A DNA stretch of 60,929 bases, counting the filler, from Basidiobolus meristosporus CBS 931.73 (Eukaryota; Fungi; Basidiobolomycota), in assembly GCA_002104905.1 (NCBI GenBank). It is 4 parts of 4 records of this genome, joined end to end, with 100 filler letters (N's around TTAATTAATTAA, not from the genome) between each part and the next. Parts side by side here need not be neighbours in the genome. Positions count along the whole stretch, not along the records: positions 25,033 to 42,771 come from MCFE01001083.1; positions 42,872 to 60,929 come from MCFE01001075.1; 2 more parts are not named here. One strand, 5' to 3'. The notes below the pieces were generated by a model. That model searched no databases. It saw only the letters and a list, made by a program, of their open reading frames with translations, and was not told the origin of the DNA. Positions 35,331 through 46,948 of the stretch are shown piece by piece; position 1 is the first letter of the stretch; every line of letters starts with the position of its first letter. The translations under genes were made by a program, and so were the position numbers.

Positions 35331-36973
35331 CTATTTCTGGCACTTTGTGAAGATCAGTGGTTCCTTAGCAGTCATGGTAAACATTCCTAACGCATACCAG
35401 GGCTCAACATGCTTTCCAGAGACAGATTTCAAATCATAATTCTGGATGACCGTGGCAAGAATGATTTTGATGGCCAGGATAGCAAACCATCTTCCAGGGC
35501 AAGCGTGTTTCCCTACATCCTAGGCTGTTAGCGTTTGTCCAAAGTGAGTTAAGCAGGCTGATTACCTAGTCCAAAGGTGATGAATCCGTTGCCTCCTCCC
35601 GAAGCCAACCTTCCATTGGCTGCAAATTGGAATGGATCGAAGTCCTCCCCGGTGACCATGTTGGTGTGATAGAATTGAGGCAGAATGGTGCGGCCTTTAC
35701 GTAATCAAATTAGAATCAATGCCTCTTGGCCAGGAATAATCTACTGACCTGGTGGGATTTGATAGCCGTTGGAGAATTCCATGACATCCACAGACTTCCG
35801 TCTCATGCCCAACATGTGGTCGCCATGCCTTAAAACTTCTCTGATGAAAGAGTCCAGAAGTTTCATTTTGTCTATGGCGTTGCTATCGAATTGATTATTG
35901 TTGCTGGCAAGCACCGAGATCTGCTCCTCTCGAAGGATCTCCATCATCTTGGGATGATTGGCAAGCTCAAATAAACATAGTGTTGTGTTGGTAGAAGTGG
36001 TGTGGATGGATGCAAAAAGAGTGGCTAGCAAGTATAGAACAACATGTTTAGCTGGCCTGTCAACCAGCTCTTCGTTTTCAATCAGAAATTGCAAGATATC
36101 TTGCGGCTTTTCCGTCTCCCAAGCCTCCCCAAGAGTGGCGGCTTTCTGTCGCCTTTCTTCCACTATAGGCGTGACATAGCGCAGAAGAACCTGATGATGG
36201 GGACTCGTCAGAGGGGTCAGCCACGGTGCGATGTACGGGTACATGAAACGAGGAAACGGGTCGAAGAATAGGGCAGCTTTTACCACATCCTGCGAAAACC
36301 GCTTGAAGGAGGTAATAATCTCCTCATTATCCTTGCACTCTTCACCGGCGAAAACTCGGGCACTAGGGTTTTAGAAACACGTTAGTTAGCCTATGGTCGA
36401 CCGAGAAAATCTTTCGCATGCGGCTCACCTAATTCTAGCAAAAATCTCCCTCGAGAACTCCATGGGCTTCTCGACGATGACCGGATGATCGCCAGTACCC
36501 AGTAACTTATCAATGGATATACGTACTCGATCCACTATCTTCAATGCGTATCTTTTCCCCTTGGAGGCGGTCATTTCCTCCTTGACCACGGTAGTGACAG
36601 GGTCCACTTTAACTGAATGGATCAGCTCGTAGTCGAGCATGTAGTCCATATGGAGGAAATCATCAGCCGTGGCAGGAACCACAATCTTATCGGGGGCCCT
36701 AAACATCTCCATAGCATAGCGATCACGAACCACGGTTACTCTCTTCCCCATGATGAATAGATTAAAGATATCTCCATACTGCTGGTTGCACTTTTTCAAG
36801 AAGCGCTTCGGGTCTAGGTAGAGTTGCAAGCTATGGCCTACAAGCGGAAGAAAGTATGGCACGTTTGGAGGCTCGTTGAGTTGGGGACTAGCCCTTTGAT
36901 TTCTCAAGTACTTTCCAAGAAAATACAGGCCCAAAAATAGAGCGGCGGAGTAAAGTGTATTCAAGAAAGACAT
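35331..36973 (-). CDS. Cytochrome P450 of the terpenoid/sterol-oxidase type (not CYP51), about 4 exons
   Basis: N-terminal TM anchor, EPPNVPYFLPLVGH hinge, I-helix LFASIHTTS, EXXR (IREVLR) and spliced heme motif FGLG|KHACPGRWFA. Confidence 0.95.
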
Positions 36974-37457
36974 AGTCTACAGTGGTTGGGAGTAGTGTGA
37001 TGTTGAGCTAACCTTCGCTATGTATTTATAAGCAACAGGCGGACCGAAGGAATGAGCTCATGGCTGTAGAAGCCATCGAAAGCCTGATAGACTTATTCCT
37101 GTTATCACATAGTGGCGATACTACGTTATACGCATGGTACCAGTGAGGCTCCATGTGGAATACTGTGTGAGCAATACGAATACCATTGTAACTTTGTACC
37201 CATAATTCAGCACCTGGTAATCACGCTGATTCGATGGCTATAAAAAATAAATGCATCTACCACGTATCACAAAAGGTGGCAGTCATTCTAATTGGACAGG
37301 TCGAGGTAGCTGTGATATCACTGGAGGCATTCCATATCGCCAGAAAAGGTATCGGCTAGTGATCATCCACTGATTATTAGAGATATATAACAACGATTAC
37401 CGTCCAACTCTATCCTGATCTCTTCGATTTCCACTTATCAAGCTTAGCCCAACCGCC

Positions 37458-39062
37458 ATGTACCGGTTTACCGAGCTCAACCCTCGGACCTCCCATTATG
37501 AATTCATGGGGCCCATAGGCGCCACCCTTCTACTGCTGTTCATGCCGTTGCTGACCCTGCACTTTGCTTTTGAATGCGACGGCCTTAACTCGTGCTCCTT
37601 TTTCCAGTTCAATTACTGGTCCCTCAGGAGTTTGTTCGACTACAAAGCAGCTTTGGCGTATCTGGGATGGGTGGCATACTTGGTGTGCTTATTTTTCCTG
37701 CTACCGGGCGATTGGGTCGATGGAACCACTTTAAGGAATGGCAAGAAATTGCAGTACAAGATTAATGGTAAGCTCATGCTCATCATTGGTATATTGTTTG
37801 TTGCTGACAAGTTGCCCTTTTTATCTTTACAGCACTATATACATTCTACACCACGACAGGGATATGCATCCTTGTGCTTTTGGTCTTTGGGCATCATCCA
37901 TTTCTTTTCATTCCCAGACATTTAGTAGGCCTTGTTGGGGCTTCAATTTGTTTTTCGTTTATTGGGGGAGCATTTCTATATATCCGGACCTTCTTATATA
38001 ACGACTCTCTTATGGCTCTTCCCGGTAATACCGGCAATGTGGTCTATGATGTAAGTGTGAAGAAATGCTTCAAACTATGTTGTAATAATTTATATCTTCT
38101 TAGTATTTCATTGGAAGGGAACTGAATCCACGAATCTTCGGCGATCTGGACCTCAAGTGTTTCTCAGAGCTACGTCCTGGACTCATTGGCTGGGCCCTCA
38201 TCAATTTCTCATTTGCGTGCCAACAGTACGAGAACCTAGGTGGCCGGGTTACGAACTCCATGATTTTGGTCAATTTCTTCGAGCTGTGGTATGTATTCGA
38301 TGCAACATACAATGAATCTTCCGTGCTATCAACTATGGATATAGTAAGTGATGGTTTTGGCTGGATGCTGGTGTGCGCTGATTATTCATGGGTAAGTGAG
38401 TCTACCATAGCTGTAAATGTGCCCAAGCTGATCTTGGCCAAATAGGTTCCCATGAATTACACACTGCATACCCGATACCTGGCCGTCTATCCAATAGATC
38501 TTGGCCTGCCCGCGATGTTAGGAATTGTGGCACTGCATCTTAGCAGCTACTATCTTTTTCGAGCTGCTAACACCCAGAAGCACCAATTTCGGAATCATCC
38601 AAACAGCCCACAAGTTCAAGGTAGTTGCAAGAAAAATGCTTATGAAGGCACCATGATTAATGCGATATAGGCTTGAGATTCTTGCGAACCAAATCCGGCT
38701 CCAGACTTCTCATTTCCGGTTACTGGGGAGTTGCACGGCACTTCAACTATCTTGCTGACTGGCTGATGTCGGTTGCTTGGAGCTTACCATGCGGTTAGAA
38801 CACTCATTTAAACGAATCACAATGTCGTGTGGCTAAATCCTATTGCAGGATTTAATGGGCTATGCCCTTATTTCTACCCTATATACTTTGCGATGCTACT
38901 TCTTCATCGTGAGAATCGGGACCATGACAAGTGCCTGGCTAAATATGGTCCAGATTGGGAGGAGTATTGCAAGCTAGTGAAATGGCGTATTTTACCAGGT
39001 ATTATGAGCTCATCTTTTCTTTAAGGCTGCTCTAATTGCTCTGTCATCTAGGAATCTATTGA
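37458..39062 (+). CDS. ERG24: Sterol reductase of the ERG4/ERG24 family, most like Delta14-reductase, multi-exon
   Basis: [33 protein letters not shown]|[10 protein letters not shown]...[61 protein letters not shown] and [20 protein letters not shown]|IY*. Confidence 0.92.
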
Positions 39063-40597
39063 GCAAAGCCCAGCTGATTGGCGTACAATTGCGAACCATT
39101 AAAAACAAGTCTGATCAATGCTGAATTAAATTGCACTGTTGCAATCATATTGCACTGTGATAGGTGTTTAGCTCTTTTCTTGCTCATATCAGAAAATGAG
39201 TAGTATGGAAAGGGATAGACCGGAACTTAATAAATATATGTCAAATGCACTGAAAACACTCGTACACGCATATGCCAATGTTACGCAATCCGAAAATGCA
39301 CAAGCTGTGCATCAACAATAAACTCATTCTGGGGATAACAATCCAACATTATGAGTCAATCTGAGCAGTTGGTGGATCAACCCCAGAAGATAAGCACGCA
39401 CCGTTATACGGGCATTGAAATGACAATCTTCCAAATAAATTACATGTATAGATGGTGGCACAACATAAACCTGCCCTTTTCAAACTACCCTTCCCTCAGG
39501 ATCCGAAACGCGTTTCACATCCGTATGACCGCATGTCCAACCTCCATGGGGGTTACCGAGATTCTGTAAATTCGTTTGGAACTGGCCATCTCGTTCAGGA
39601 TAAAACCAAGCAAATAGCTATATATATATGACTTGAGATGGGTTCACATGAGATTATATCTACCAGTATATTTCACACAATAAGCATGCCCCAAGAAGTA
39701 ACAAACATCTAGGAGCACAACCAAGTTGGTCTCCTCTGCAACCTATTTTACCAAGTTTAGCCACCTCTAGGCCAGCCCATCAAAGTCTCGTATAAATCTT
39801 TTAACCATATTCTGTGACACGTCCTGAAGGATGACAACGACTAATATGTGAGAGCTGTATTTACAATAATCAAGACCAAAATGCCAGCGGTTACAAATAC
39901 ACCTATTCAGCAAGCAAGCGAGTGATTCTATTATATTGCTATGACTTATGAAGGGGAAAACAATCACCACCATGTGAAACCATTTCTAACTCAGGTAAAT
40001 CGGTAGTAAACGCATTGGCTTCAATACTACCTGCAAATAAAGACATCACCAGCTCCGCCTTCATCGCCCCCGTCACCAAAAATATCAGTGCCATGTTTAC
40101 TACCGACCTATACGGCATTTTCAAATTTATCACGCCAGATAACAAAATGGGGCCTTCTTCATTTATAGATTATTGCCCGAAGATGAAATGCATACACTGA
40201 AGATAGGACTAAGGGGAATGAAAGGCAAAAGGTCGATATGATTTGCATTGGGGAAAAAATCACTAAAGACCAGCAGAAAGCCAACAGAAATCCAAGTTTC
40301 CTTGATGTTACAGCTCTCAATATCAAAGGTTCTAGCCTTCCTGGGTGCAAATTGACATATTTTCTACAACGTGTTGAGCTGAAGTAACCCTCACATTGGA
40401 CTTGGTAACAACCAGCTTACTGATTCCAGAGATATTTATTACTATAAAATTGAGTGAAGATTATCAGCTGAATACCATATAAAGTCCAAGCTTGATATTT
40501 TTCATGTGGAATTGGTACCCGCCTGCATCCAGGATATAACATTGTGCTTAGAGTGAAATCTCAAAAGTCAATTTATATCCTGGCTCAGATGCACTGC

Positions 40598-41846
40598 TTA
40601 GGGCTAGGGGGGGGGGGGAGACAGTCACCAACAGGTGAAATCTTTATTTCAGTTGAGACAAAGAAGCCAGGGAGGGAAAGTCACCAAGTTGGTGAAATCC
40701 TTATTTGAGTCAAGAACTAATCTAAGTACAAATAAAGAAGCCAGTTAAGAAGTATATAACCTCTCTAATAAGTAATCTAATTTATGCTTTGTTTCATCTC
40801 TAATGTTTGTTTCAATAAAGTGAAGCTCATCAGGGGTAAATGTAAAATTCAAGGGTTTTGGGGGAAGTACAAATTGTAGATGTTTCTGATCAATATAATC
40901 TAAGACTGGAACCCAGCCTGGGATTTAGTGTAGTAGGAAAGGTGTGTGGATTTGTAAGTAGCTCTGCCACATAGATCTTAGATGGTCCTGTGCCAGTAGT
41001 CTTGGTTTCTCAGCTTTTTGAAGTTTTGACACAAGCTCTGTTACTACAGTAGAGCCAACCAGGGTGTGCCAGCAAGAAGATTTCAGGGAGGAGCTAGATT
41101 TAAGCCAATGTTTGAAGGAGGTGTTATGTGATTTCTGAAGTTTCACTGAGAAGGAAGCATGGAGATAGACCATTTGGATTTGGTATGGGTAGAACCCAAA
41201 GGCTCCATTAGTTGCACAAATATAGGGAGATACTGGAAGATAAGGTACCATGGATCTGATACACTGATGGAGAAATTTATCCATGCAGTAGAGCTCTCTG
41301 GAGGTTAGGGGTATAATGTGGAGACCAAATTCAAGTACTGGAAGTACATACTGCTTCAGAAGTATAGGGATCTTTGGATTGGAGTTTCTGGAGTGACTAC
41401 TACCAGAAGCTTTTTAAGAGCCTGTTGGGCAAGATTGATCCTACTATTCAGGTGGAGCTTTGAGTCAATCCCATGTTGACAAAAGGCAGATCTAGATATA
41501 TTGCAGTTTGTTGTGGCAGAATGGTAGTATTCCATTCCAACAAGAGACAGTATTCTTGCTGGGAATTTTGTGTGCACTCAAATGCACTCAATGGCTTGTA
41601 GTTCTCCAGTACATAGGAGATCATCTTTACTACCTTTTGTGATACATCCTGAGAACATCCATCTTTTATCTAACTTGCAAGCCCGTTAGTTACTGACTTG
41701 TTGCAGTGTGGTGCTGTACACGTGGTACTGAGGAGAGGTGAAAACCGGTCAGAATTAATTGTTTCATAGTTCTCCCAATCCATGGAGGTTGCTTGTGACC
41801 ATATTTGACTGAGTGGTAAACATGGCTCATTGTCAGTCACAATTGC
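40598..41846 (-). mobile_element. Non-LTR retroelement unit A (5'-truncated): RT thumb/C-terminal remnant, 3' UTR, two stacked 3'-terminal modules and a TTAGGGCTAGGG seed
   Basis: GIDSKLHLNSRINLAQQA...KQYVLPVLEFGL...DKFLHQCIRSMVPYLP is the YxxPxLEYG-type non-LTR thumb motif. Modules lie at 40610-40670 and 40671-40744. Confidence 0.8.
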
Positions 41847-42514
41847 TTAGGGTTAGGGGGAGACAGTCACCAACAGGTGAAATCTTTATTTCAGTTGAAA
41901 CAAAGAAGCCAGCGCTACTGTTGTAGCTTTGATACAAGAGTGTGTAGCTGAGGGGAATTTGTAGGTAAGTTAATAAGAAGTGATGATAGTTCTTCAGTGC
42001 TCAAGACACTGTTCAGAGGGAAGGGGGGTAGCAAGAGAGGTAAGAATGACTTGTGAACAACATTAATGAGGGGAATGTGATAAGGATTGATATTCATCAT
42101 AAAGGGAGTGTGCTGCTGCAGATATTGCTGCCAAAGGTCTGTCAAGTACTTTAGGTAGGCCAGCTTGGGTTTTTCTGACTGCAGAATATAGTGTGCAAAC
42201 TTCTTGACTTCAGGATCTCCAAGTATAGTTCTCCAGCAGGAGTCAGGTGTTGTGTGGTGTGTTCTCTTCCAGGCCTTAATCAGTGGGTTGTTGCAGTTGT
42301 GAAGTCTGAGGTATAATCTGGTTCTAAGGTAGAGAAGTCTGATCTTATGGGGCATAAACCCAAAAGCACCAAGAATAGCATGTCTGTAGGGGCATTCAGG
42401 CAAATGAGGCACCAAGGAGGTAATGCACCATACTGCAAACTTGTCAAGCTTAGTGAGTCTCTAGAAGTAAGAGAGAGAAGTGGTAAGCCAAATTCCAGGA
42501 CAGGGAAGACAAAC
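41847..42514 (-). mobile_element. Non-LTR retroelement unit B (5'-truncated), starting at (TTAGGG)2
   Basis: FVFPVLEFGLP...DKFAVWCITSLVPHLPECPY... is homologous to unit A. The 3' module 41859-41912 is nearly identical to 40610-40670. Confidence 0.82.
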
Positions 42515-42556
42515 TTAGGGTTAGGGTTAGGGTTAGGGTTAGGGTTAGGGTTAGGG
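42515..42556 (+). repeat. Telomeric repeat tract (TTAGGG)7
   Basis: Seven perfect copies. Confidence 0.99.
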
Positions 42557-42771
42557 GGAGGAAAGTCACCAAGTGGTGAAATCTTTATTTACTTATGACA
42601 AGTATCTAAAGAAGCCAAGTTAATCTGAAGTATTTCCTAGAAAGCTAGGTCTGAGAGGTATCTTCCTGGTAAGCCAGGTCTGAGAGTTGAGAAGCTGAGT
42701 GGTACTGTATTTCCTAGTAAGCTAGGTCTGAGAGAGGTTTCCTGGAAAGCCAGGCCTGAGAATTGAGAATC
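42557..42771 (-). mobile_element. Non-LTR retroelement unit C: 3'-terminal module and 3' UTR with about four 28-30 nt tandem repeats; runs into the gap
   Basis: GGAGGAAAGTCACCAAGTGGTGAAATCTTTATTT resembles 40671-40710. TTCCT(A/G)G(A/T)AAGC(T/C)AGG(T/C)CTGAGA is repeated. Confidence 0.75.
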
Positions 42772-42871
42772 NNNNNNNNNNNNNNNNNNNNNNNNNNNNN
42801 NNNNNNNNNNNNNNNTTAATTAATTAANNNNNNNNNNNNNNNNNNNNNNNNNNNNNNNNNNNNNNNNNNNN
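42772..42871. other. Assembly gap with TTAATTAATTAA linker
   Basis: N block with the linker. Confidence 0.98.
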
Positions 42872-44966
42872 TACCTAGCATGATAGTGCCATCCTCACTG
42901 GCTTCCAAATCCTTATCTTCTTTGGCTACTCCATCTTGAAGTCTGGCTTCCTCGCTTTTACCCTTTTCTGTTCCTTGATACTGCTCATCAGATAAATTTG
43001 GGTGTTCATCGTCACTTGTGCACAGCGGCTTATCTCCTTGAGGTTTTTCATGTTGGGAAGGGCATTTTTCTTCATCACAGTGTCCAAAATTACATCTCGT
43101 AAAGAATCCTTCTTCATACTCAGGGACCCAGTATCTTCTGCTACATCTTAAGTGGGATTTTCCTTTGGATCCACAGTCACCGTGCCCTCCACCATGTCTT
43201 GGGGGGAATTCTCTTTCGCCCCAGGGTCCACAACATTTTTGAGGGAATCCTCCTTTGGGCCCACAGCCCCAGTGTCTTCCACTATACCTCGCAGGAAATT
43301 CTCCCAGGGATCCACCTCCATGGTGTCTTCCGGCATATCTTGAATCGGATCTTTCATCGGATTCAAATCCCCAGTATCCTCCACCACATCTTGGAGGGAA
43401 TCCTCCGGGCCCAAAGCCCCAATGTCTTCCACTATATCTTTGCGGAGATTTTTCTTCAGATCCAGAGCTCCAAGGTCCACCGCATTTTGGAAAGAACCCT
43501 CCTTTGGGTCTAGAGCCCTGGTGTCTTCCACCATGTCTTGGGGAGAATCCTACTTCAGGTCTGAATATGCAAGATTCATCTCCGGGTCTTGAGGGAAATT
43601 CATCTACAGACCCAAAGCTCCAGGGTCCACCACGTCTTGGAGGGAACCCTTCTTCGGGCCCGAAGCCCCAGTGTCTTCCACCATGTCTTGGAGGAAATCT
43701 TTCTTGGGGTCCAAATTCACAAGGCTCATCAAAGAATTCTGAGGGGAATCCTTCTTCGGGCCCAAAGCCCGGGCGTCTCCCACCACGTCTTGTGGGGAAC
43801 CTTTCTTCGAGACCAAAGCTCCATGGCCCACCACGTCTCGGAGGGAATCCTTCAGGCCCAAAGCCCCGGTAGAGTCTTCCACTATGTCTTGAAGGGAAAC
43901 CGTCTTCGAGTCCAAAGCTCCATGGTTGACTGCATCTTGGAGGGAACCCTTCTTCAGGCGCAAAACCCCAGGGTCCACCGTGTCTTGGAGGAAATATTCC
44001 ACCGGGTCCAACGCTCCAGGGTCCTCCGCATCTTGGGGGGAATCCTCCTTCAGGCCCTAAGCCCCGGCGGTGTCTTCCACCATGTCTTGAAGGGAATCCT
44101 TCTTCGAGTCCAAAGCTCCATGGTCCACTGCATCTTGGAGGGAACCCTTCTTCAGGTCCAAAACCCCAGGGTCCACCACGTCTCGGAGGGAATCCTTCTT
44201 CAGGCCCAAAGCCCCAGTGTCTTCCACCATGTCTTGGATGGAATCCTTTCTCGAATCCATGTCTACCACCACATCTTGGTGGGATTCCCTTCCCAGACTC
44301 ACCCTCCTGATGACTTTTGTGCTCAACATTCTTACATTTTCTACCATGTCTTGATGGAATTCTCCGGTTGGTTTTGTCACTTTCAATCAACTCGCCATCA
44401 CTATGTGACGGCTTATTTTTAGGATCTGTACCACAACGATGTTTTCTGTGGTGTCTTGATGATCTGTGTTCTTGCATTGTTTTGGGGTCCTTGTCACTGG
44501 GAGATTCTCCTGGCTTGTGCTTTGATTCATCATCATTCTGATCAGGCGTATGTTTATCTTTGCGATGACCACATCCACTCCTTTCACATTTCTTCGATTC
44601 ATCATTCCAACGCCTACCACAACGGCGCGAATGGAACGATCTCCCGCCCATTTCATCCCAAGGTCCGAAGCCATGATGAGGTTCACAACCACCGAGTCTG
44701 GAACGAAATCTGGTATCCCAATTACCACGATTTCTCCCATCGATAAAATCACATCGAGGGAAGACACACTCATGCTCACTATCACTTGATAAATCATTCT
44801 CATTCTGAGGAGAATCATCAATTGAGGAATGAGAACTTGAATTGTCGTGTCTCAATGAAAAATGGGGGTTGCACACATCACTTGAGACCTCGCCGGCCAT
44901 TTCACTTTCCAGTAGAATATCACGAATTGGGCTTCCAAGATCAGACTTACGGTTCATATCACACAT
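42872..44966 (-). CDS. Hypothetical low-complexity protein with about 24 tandem 16-17 aa repeats (EEGFPPRxGG[P/RH]W[GS]FGP); both ends uncertain
   Basis: A stop-free frame of about 700 codons with a nucleotide repeat unit of 48-51 nt at about 43130-44300. Confidence 0.75.
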
Positions 44967-46477
44967 TTAGGTTTGATTTGCTTCAATTGAGGTTGGAGAA
45001 CGCTGAATGGGTGCTATATAGACAACTTTCAAACTCCGCAGTAGTATTCCGCAGAGGTGTGCGGTGGAATCGGTCGACTAAAATTAGCAATCCTATCCAT
45101 TCCGCAATGATTGCCAAGATTGAGCGCAACAAATTTAGTTCCGTTTTTCCAGGATGGGTCCTTGTTGTACACAATCCAGGTCGATGTGCATCAGGATTAC
45201 ATTACATACTCTCGAATTTTACATTTTGTGACCTTTAGATGCATAAATATCGGGAGGCGGCTTTGCTGGGTTGTGCCTATTTGGTACTCTGATTTCGAAT
45301 GGAATCATCGTTAGTAGGCATCGTGATTCTGAACGAAACAGAATTCGCTAGTGTATCATTATCGAGTATTGATTAACCCAAGTGGAATATGTAACATAAA
45401 AATCATGTATATGAAACACGGCCTAAACCAAGTGTGCGCATCACTAAATTTTCTGAATATTATATTAATCAAGTTCATTGGTCTAAAACCCGACCAGATA
45501 TGATGTATATAGTATAGTATATAGTACAATCCCCGCCATAAAGTAGCCTGGACATTCCATTTATGAGAGTGCTTGTGGCTATTAGTATTCCTGCAACTAA
45601 AAGGTGTTGCTCCTAAATTATCATGTATCATGCTCCTATATAAAACGTAGGTGTATTGTAGCAGACATAGTCAATCAGGATGATACTCGTAATAAATGCA
45701 CGAATGATATACACTCTCTGTAACTTGCTGAGTGATCTTTTGCTTTTGACAGACCCTTGATCCTCATGATTCCTGATGCATTGGTAAATATTGCAGTCAG
45801 TAATCAGTAGTGGCTAATCTTACCTTCGAGTTGGCATTTGGCGTGAGAATCATCATGTTCTAGGTACCTGACATTTTGGTAAAACACTGCAAGTAAATTC
45901 TGACTGAGAATTTAGGTCAGAAATACTAAGCCTCAAAAGATATGATCTAAGTGACCAAGTTAATGGAATATTTGGGTGTAGTTACAATATTGACAACAAC
46001 TCCTAACCTTTTATAACCTTTGCTTCAACACTTACACCCTGAGTAGTACCTTATCTCAGCTTTTGATGTTCCGGGTCAAGATTTGACATCTTAGTCCTTT
46101 ACTTTGCTGAGATTATAAATAGTTGTCTTTCCTTTCTAGGAATTATCGGAAGTTAGTGAGGTTCTTAGAGGTTGTGAGAGCATTCAGTAACACTCAGCTT
46201 TACTTCTACAGCACTCCTTCACAAAGTGCTATTTTTAAATACAATATCTTACCTTTACCGCAACACCTACACTCAAGGCACTATGTATTTTGCTCCATCT
46301 TAATTAGCTGTTTAGCAAACAATGGCTCAGAACCTTATAGCCAATGATCAATATTGTTGGCGGTACCTACACTTCAATTTGAATAATGTGATTTATTTTG
46401 TCATATGCTGTTTGAAGATGTTGATTTTATTTACTATTGATAGTATACAAAATGAATTATATAAAAGCTGGTCAATT

Positions 46478-46948
46478 CTAGCAGTTGGAACAGTACTGAG
46501 CATATTGGAATACATCACAGCATTTTCCTCCACAATTGTTTTGCACCACCCATTGCCCATTCTGACAAACAAGGAAGTTTGACCCAGCACAACCATATCT
46601 ACCATTGACAAGGCAGCTTGCACCTAAGGCAATTGTGGGGTCAGGCTTATTGGAGGATTTGGTAGTAGTTGGTTTGGAGATGGTCTTTGAGGTAGTTGGT
46701 TTAGTTGTTGTCTTGGTATTAGTAGGTTGGCTACTGCAGCTAGGGCAGAATGCAGCATAGGCAGGAGAGTCGCAACAGTTTCCGGAACAGATATTCTGTA
46801 GCAGCCAGCTACTGGTGGATGTTTCACAAACGTAAAAGTTGTTGCCCTCACAATAGTAGGTGGCACCGCTATTCTTGTTGCAAGGAGCTGATGGAGCACC
46901 CAGCACGGAGCTCAGAGAGGCAATGATGACAATACCGGCGAAGTACAT
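46478..46948 (-). CDS. Small secreted protein (156 aa) with two 8-Cys modules (CBM19-like) joined by a Thr/Lys/Ser linker
   Basis: Signal-like MYFAGIVIIASLSSVLGAP. Modules are C-x9-C-x7-C..W..C-x3-CC-x8-C-x2-C and C-x7-C-x7-C..W..C-x3-CC-x8-C-x2-C. Confidence 0.85.
   Translation of the reverse strand: MYFAGIVIIASLSSVLGAPSAPCNKNSGATYYCEGNNFYVCETSTSSWLLQNICSGNCCDSPAYAAFCPSCSSQPTNTKTTTKPTTSKTISKPTTTKSSNKPDPTIALGASCLVNGRYGCAGSNFLVCQNGQWVVQNNCGGKCCDVFQYAQYCSNC

Noticed and set aside
43560-44300. CRISPR-like regularly spaced repeats
   Set aside because: These are coding tandem repeats without unique spacers in a eukaryotic context, with no cas genes.
43148-44821. Long alternative-frame and antisense ORFs over the repeat protein (43255-43872, 43589-44422, 43604-44011)
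   Set aside because: They are expected by-products of a stop-poor tandem repeat. One continuous minus frame explains the locus.
44967-45320. Possible PB1-like N-terminal exons for the repeat protein (LKVT...PSW...LRSILAI)
   Set aside because: It requires an assumed intron plus a frameshift, and the similarity is too weak without a profile search.
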